Both the position numbers and the translations under genes were made by a program. From an uncultured bacterium (GTDB taxonomy: Bacteria; Zixibacteria; MSB-5A5; UBA10806): DNA of 64,000 nt. The number at the start of each line of letters is the position of its first letter. The stretch's first letter is position 1. Shown piece after piece: positions 59,662-64,000 of the stretch. The notes under the pieces were generated by a model, which was not told where the DNA came from, did not search any database, and was given only the letters and a program-made list of their open reading frames with translations. Location: contig CBEUCH010000004.1 in NCBI GenBank assembly GCA_965541585.1, forward strand, positions 128,001 through 192,000, read 5' to 3'.

Positions 59662-60957
59662 TCAATCGAGCCGGGCCAGGAGTCTTTCAGGCTGCCAGCC
59701 TATGAAATAAGGCAAGTATTCCGCCACTGTCAGGCTGAACTTTTCTTTGTATTTTTCTCTAACCGGCATAGCGGCAGGGACCGTCATTTTCAGGGGGTTA
59801 TTATATTTGCCGTTTTTTCTAACGCGATAACACAGATGAGGGCCGGTGCTCAGGCCCGTATTCCCCACGTACCCGATAACCTGCCCCTGCACCACATGCC
59901 TTCCCCGGGCCACTCCCTTGCCGAAATTATTAAGGTGGCCGTAGCAGGTCACGAAGCCGTGAGAGTGTTGAATCTCAAAGTAATTTCCAAACCCCCTCTT
60001 TTTACCCTTGAATATAACATAGCCATCGCCGGCGGCTACCACGGGGGTTCCAACCGCCGCCGCGTAGTCTACACCGAGATGAGGGCGATAAATCTTACGG
60101 ATCGGATGAAGCCTCCGGTAGGAAAACTTCGATGACACTCTCCTGTAGTTCAAAGGCGATTTCAAGAGGGTCTTTCTCAGCGAATACCCGTTTTCATCAT
60201 AGTAATCGCGTCGGCCATCCGGATCCGTAAAGAGAAATGCCCTGTGAATTTCACCATCTAATATGTATTCTGCGGCCAGGATATTACCCGTCTTAACAAA
60301 TGCCCCATCCTTTTCGTAAACCTCAAATACAACTTTGAACTTATTACCAATTCTCGGTTCTGTGAGAAAATCGATCTCCCAGCCGAATATGTCGGCCAGG
60401 GAAAAAAAGATTTCCATGTCGGGTAATTGAGGCATCAGAGCGTCCCACAACGTGGACTCTATCTCGCCCTCTATGATTCTTACGGATCGCTCGAGACCGA
60501 CCTCATATATTGTTTCGAGATAGCGGTCGCCATCGCGGTCCAACCGATATCGCTTCCAATCATCCGTGGTATATTCCAGGGCCACGATATTGTCATCAGG
60601 ACCCATGAATAGCTTGAATCTATCGCCGGGCTGTGAACGGGTCAGGTTAAACATCTTTGAGAAACGCGAGGTTATCTCCGCCACCAGAGGATGAGATATT
60701 TCCTGATTGAGAAGCTCGGCGTAAAGGCTTGAGTTTTTCTTAATTATGCCGGCGTAAATCGCATCGATATCCAGGATTTCCACCGGCTCCGGATCAGGCT
60801 CGGTCGATGCCGAAGTATCCAACGTGGCCGGCGTCCTGTTCGTATGAAATAAAACTGCGGCAAAAACGAAAACCAGCCCCATAACTGCTATGGGGACTAT
60901 TTTCGACCGGAGATACTCTGAAGTCTTTGTTTTACTATTGATTATCCTCAATATCAA
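59662..60957 (-). CDS. M23 peptidoglycan DD-endopeptidase (MepM/NlpD-like)
   Basis: N-terminal TM; RRLHPI...PHLGVDYAA, YGHL, STGPHLCY; probable TTG start at 60957 or 60951 next to the upstream stop. Confidence 0.9.
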   Translation of the reverse strand: MILRIINSKTKTSEYLRSKIVPIAVMGLVFVFAAVLFHTNRTPATLDTSASTEPDPEPVEILDIDAIYAGIIKKNSSLYAELLNQEISHPLVAEITSRFSKMFNLTRSQPGDRFKLFMGPDDNIVALEYTTDDWKRYRLDRDGDRYLETIYEVGLERSVRIIEGEIESTLWDALMPQLPDMEIFFSLADIFGWEIDFLTEPRIGNKFKVVFEVYEKDGAFVKTGNILAAEYILDGEIHRAFLFTDPDGRRDYYDENGYSLRKTLLKSPLNYRRVSSKFSYRRLHPIRKIYRPHLGVDYAAAVGTPVVAAGDGYVIFKGKKRGFGNYFEIQHSHGFVTCYGHLNNFGKGVARGRHVVQGQVIGYVGNTGLSTGPHLCYRVRKNGKYNNPLKMTVPAAMPVREKYKEKFSLTVAEYLPYFIGWQPERLLARLD

Positions 60958-62531
60958 TCCTCGCCGAAGATCTCCGCCTGGAAGACGTACAATTCGGTCT
61001 GTTCGCTTTTCCACGAGTCGCTGGGCAGCCCAGCCTTACGGCATGTCTGCTGGAGAAACTCGATCCGATCCCAACCATATCCAACCGGTACCTGGGGCAA
61101 TAACACCCCTGAGTAGATTCCCTGCCTGATGTAGAGGCCATCCTTGCCAACCTCCACCAATTCAGGATCATATATCCTTTTCATCGGCGTCAGCACGGAA
61201 ATCTCAATATCGAGGAGATCCAGCTCCTCTTTTTCCAGTGGCGAGAACCGGGGATCGGAGAAGGCCGCTTCCAAGGCCATTCTGGCGATAGTCTGATATA
61301 AAGGCTCGGCCGCCCTGAATGTGCCGATACATCCCCTCAGCCTGCCTTGCTTGTTGAGAGTGACAAAGGCTCCTAATTCCGCGTCAAGGGCGGCAGACTT
61401 ATTTTCGAAAGAAGGCATCTCTTCACCGCTTAAGCGGGCGGCAATGGCCCGGCGCACTATGGTGAGAAGCGTCTTCTTATCCTCCGCAGAAAGACCGAAC
61501 TCTGCACCGGTGGCCGGATTATCGTGAACAGCACCGCTCGATTGATCGGATTTCGCCGGTTCCTGTTCGTTTTCAGTATCCAACTCGTAGGTCCCGGATT
61601 CCCCGGACTTGTAGATGATCGCTGAGAGGTAGCCGACAACGTTCGATCTATCGCCGATGACATCACCCGAGTCACCGTATCCGGTTGTTGCCACCGAATT
61701 AGCGCCGAGCTTTTCGGCGGCTATCATAGCGGCTATTATGGGGCCGCCGCCGCAGGCCTCGGTTTTGCGCTTCGCCAAATCCTCAGCCAGGCCGCTATAA
61801 TCGTAGTTTTCCAGCCTGTCTATGACTATGGAATCCAGCTTTTTGGCGGTCTGGGAATCGTGAAAATGCGAAAGATCAGTCGAGGCTACTATCAGGATAT
61901 CATCATTACCCTTGATTGCATCCGCAATGGCGTTCCCTAATGCTTCGCAGGTTTCGTAATTCTGATCCCCCATCATGAGAGCCACTAAGGAGAAATCGCC
62001 GAGTGTGGTCTGTAAAAATGGCAGTTGCACTTCCAATGCATGCTCCGAGCGGCCGCCGGCGACTATATGTCCGGTATTGGAAAAACTTATCATATCGCTG
62101 GCCGAGGCTATCTTTTCTGTAAGCTCCCGGTCTATCCGAATCTCACCAAGTGGCGTTGAGTATGCTTTGCCGTCGAAAGCCGTAACCCCGCCGAAACGAG
62201 CCATGTGCGACGGCGATATGACTATCACCTTGGCGAATGATTCGCCCTCCAGTATCTTGTATCCCTTAGCCGCAATACCCCCGGAATAGATATACCCCGC
62301 ATGGGGGGATACTATGGCCACCGGCCGTCCTGCTATTTCGGGTTTCGACGCCTCGTGGAATTGCTTAGCTATCATCTTGGCCAGTTCCGATGGCGAACCG
62401 GGATAAAAAGCTCCCGCCACCGCCGGAGGCCGGACATAGGCCGAATCTGAACCGCTCATATCATCACCTACTGCAATTTGCCACCGGAGCACAGCTGATA
62501 TGCATAATGCTATGGCGGCTATTCTCATCAT
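60954..62531 (-). CDS. amrB-amrA: AmmeMemoRadiSam system protein B (MEMO1-like) / protein A (AMMECR1-like) fusion
   Basis: VRPPAVAGAFYP, SPHAGYIYSG, EHALEVQLPF, ASTDLSHF, ACGGG; then GAFVTL...LRGCIG, AFSDPRF, IEISVL, GVLLPQV, KAGLP. Confidence 0.93.
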   Translation of the reverse strand: MMRIAAIALCISAVLRWQIAVGDDMSGSDSAYVRPPAVAGAFYPGSPSELAKMIAKQFHEASKPEIAGRPVAIVSPHAGYIYSGGIAAKGYKILEGESFAKVIVISPSHMARFGGVTAFDGKAYSTPLGEIRIDRELTEKIASASDMISFSNTGHIVAGGRSEHALEVQLPFLQTTLGDFSLVALMMGDQNYETCEALGNAIADAIKGNDDILIVASTDLSHFHDSQTAKKLDSIVIDRLENYDYSGLAEDLAKRKTEACGGGPIIAAMIAAEKLGANSVATTGYGDSGDVIGDRSNVVGYLSAIIYKSGESGTYELDTENEQEPAKSDQSSGAVHDNPATGAEFGLSAEDKKTLLTIVRRAIAARLSGEEMPSFENKSAALDAELGAFVTLNKQGRLRGCIGTFRAAEPLYQTIARMALEAAFSDPRFSPLEKEELDLLDIEISVLTPMKRIYDPELVEVGKDGLYIRQGIYSGVLLPQVPVGYGWDRIEFLQQTCRKAGLPSDSWKSEQTELYVFQAEIFGED

Positions 62532-62641
62532 TGTTCGCTCCCTGATCGATATTAGTGTCGATAATCGGCAGTGTCAAGGATTAAAGACTTTTCAGCTGTT
62601 TTTATATCGGCTGAATGCCGGCGGTTTGCAACGGAAATTGG

Positions 62642-62669
62642 TTGACAAATAGCCAAAATAAAGTAGCTT
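62642..62669 (+). promoter_or_regulatory. sigma70-type promoter
   Basis: TTGACA about 16-17 nt upstream of TAGCTT, ahead of the gene at 62739. Confidence 0.4.
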
Positions 62670-62738
62670 GATAGTAGAACATATACAACATTATCTGTTT
62701 TGACCCCCGGTACCGGGAGGTTTATCGGTCTTTTGCAG

Positions 62739-64000
62739 ATGATAAAAAAGCTGACATTCATAATCGCGGCAATGCTTTTCGCTTCCGCTCATGCCCAGTG
62801 GACCGAGCCGGTAAGGATTTCTCATGGGCTTGGATTATTGGGACCTCAGGCTGTAGCCGTTGGGGATACGCTACACGTTGTGGCCAGCGGGACGACAGAC
62901 ATCTATTATTTAAAATCGTCGGATAATGGGCAAACCTGGACAGATCCGACTATTCCGATACCCGATTCATTTTATGGCTCTCAAATGCCTTATATTTCTT
63001 ATTCTAACGGCTATCTTCATCTAATTTGGAAAGCATATTTCGACGGGTCAAGAAACCAAATCTGTCATATGAAAAGCTCTGACGGCGGTGTTTCCTGGAG
63101 TCAACCTCGACGGTTATTCGATAACGAGAGTAGTTTTTTAAAATATCCACGTATTGCCATAAAAGGAGACTCACTATTTGCGAGTTGTGTCATTTCATCA
63201 AAACTATTGACCTTTGCGAGCTTCGATAACGGTGAAACCTGGGAGGATTCTGTTGAGGTAGAAAATGGCCCGGTATCTTTCGACCATCCTCCCTGTATCC
63301 TATACTCGCAAGGCAGGAATCACCTCGTTTATCAGGTCGATGAAAGTTTTGACACTCTGGGGATCGAGATATGCTACAGATACAGCGACGATTATGGACA
63401 AACCTGGTCGGATAGACAATATTTATCGACACCGGAACATCATAACCAGGGTAAGGACGCGCAAGGTCCGTCTGCCTACGCCGATTCGGCAGGGAATATA
63501 ATGGCTTTGTGGTTTGACTATGAGTACGGGAGCGAGTGCGGGGTTACGGGTGATATTCTCGGAAGGATAAGCCGGGATAATGGTGAGACTTGGCTGCCCG
63601 TTACCAGACTTACGTACACGCAAACGGGATCGCGATCAACTTGTTTGGTATTAAACAATAGGCTCTATGCTATTTGGCAGGACGATTATTGGCTCGGTTG
63701 TATGGACCATAAACTAACTTATTCAGAATCTGTCGATTGGGGAGTTGGATGGAGTGATCCTGAGATAATCTCGGGACCTATGGAGCTGGATGAGTATGAG
63801 CCTTTTCTTCTATATAATGAAAGCCTCGGCGATATGATTCTTCATTGTGTCTACAGGAGAAAATTGCAGGAGGGTAACCGCGATTTGTATTACATCAGAA
63901 GCCAGGAATTCACCGAGATCAGAGGAGAAACCGGCACCCTATTACCTGAAAATCTAATTCTACGTACTTATCCCAATCCATTCAATTCAACTGTGACAAT
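62739..64000 (+). CDS. Secreted BNR/Asp-box (sialidase-like propeller) protein with C-terminal sorting-type domain (truncated by the window; not in the ORF track)
   Basis: Manual translation: MIKKLTFIIAAMLFASAHA-QW...; Asp boxes SSDNGQTW, SSDGGVSW, SFDNGETW, SDDYGQTW, SRDNGETW; ends ...YPNPFNSTVT. Confidence 0.85.
   Translation, partial: MIKKLTFIIAAMLFASAHAQWTEPVRISHGLGLLGPQAVAVGDTLHVVASGTTDIYYLKSSDNGQTWTDPTIPIPDSFYGSQMPYISYSNGYLHLIWKAYFDGSRNQICHMKSSDGGVSWSQPRRLFDNESSFLKYPRIAIKGDSLFASCVISSKLLTFASFDNGETWEDSVEVENGPVSFDHPPCILYSQGRNHLVYQVDESFDTLGIEICYRYSDDYGQTWSDRQYLSTPEHHNQGKDAQGPSAYADSAGNIMALWFDYEYGSECGVTGDILGRISRDNGETWLPVTRLTYTQTGSRSTCLVLNNRLYAIWQDDYWLGCMDHKLTYSESVDWGVGWSDPEIISGPMELDEYEPFLLYNESLGDMILHCVYRRKLQEGNRDLYYIRSQEFTEIRGETGTLLPENLILRTYPNPFNSTVT

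Overview
A 64 kb, gene-dense bacterial chromosome segment of roughly 50% GC (estimated by eye). It is most likely from an FCB-superphylum anaerobe such as candidate phylum Zixibacteria; this is inferred from secreted proteins ending in a 'PNPFN...IYDILGR...SSGVYFYRI...LLK' sorting-type domain and from overall gene content. Most genes are housekeeping: pantothenate and folate (panB, panC, fused folB-folK, deoxynucleoside kinase), acpS, nucleotide-sugar genes (gmd, rmd-like, a UDP-sugar dehydrogenase), DUF721-gyrB, pgsA-pgpA-cinA, pyrE, nfo, tRNA-Gln-prs-rplY, pcrA, rmuC, menA, dprA and an M23 peptidase. No CRISPR array, transposase, integrase, prophage or rRNA was found. Most notable observations: (1) a divergent respiratory locus with an ImcH-like 7-heme NapC/NirT cytochrome opposite an octaheme cytochrome/4Fe-4S/NrfD (CbcSTU-like) operon; (2) an aspartate aminotransferase fused to a degenerate, Cys-rich PEPCK/HPrK-like P-loop domain; (3) a class I aminotransferase lacking the PLP lysine; (4) tandem LVIVD-repeat secreted proteins sharing a promoter/UTR/signal-start block and C-terminal domain but with divergent middles; (5) translation oddities (ACG start in cinA, internal RBS in folB-folK, in-frame TAG in a signal peptide, SECIS-like hairpin after a Cys codon); (6) a non-canonical EGPSA motif in GyrB; (7) two REP-like palindromic elements. 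No database searches could be run, so all family calls come from recognising motifs.
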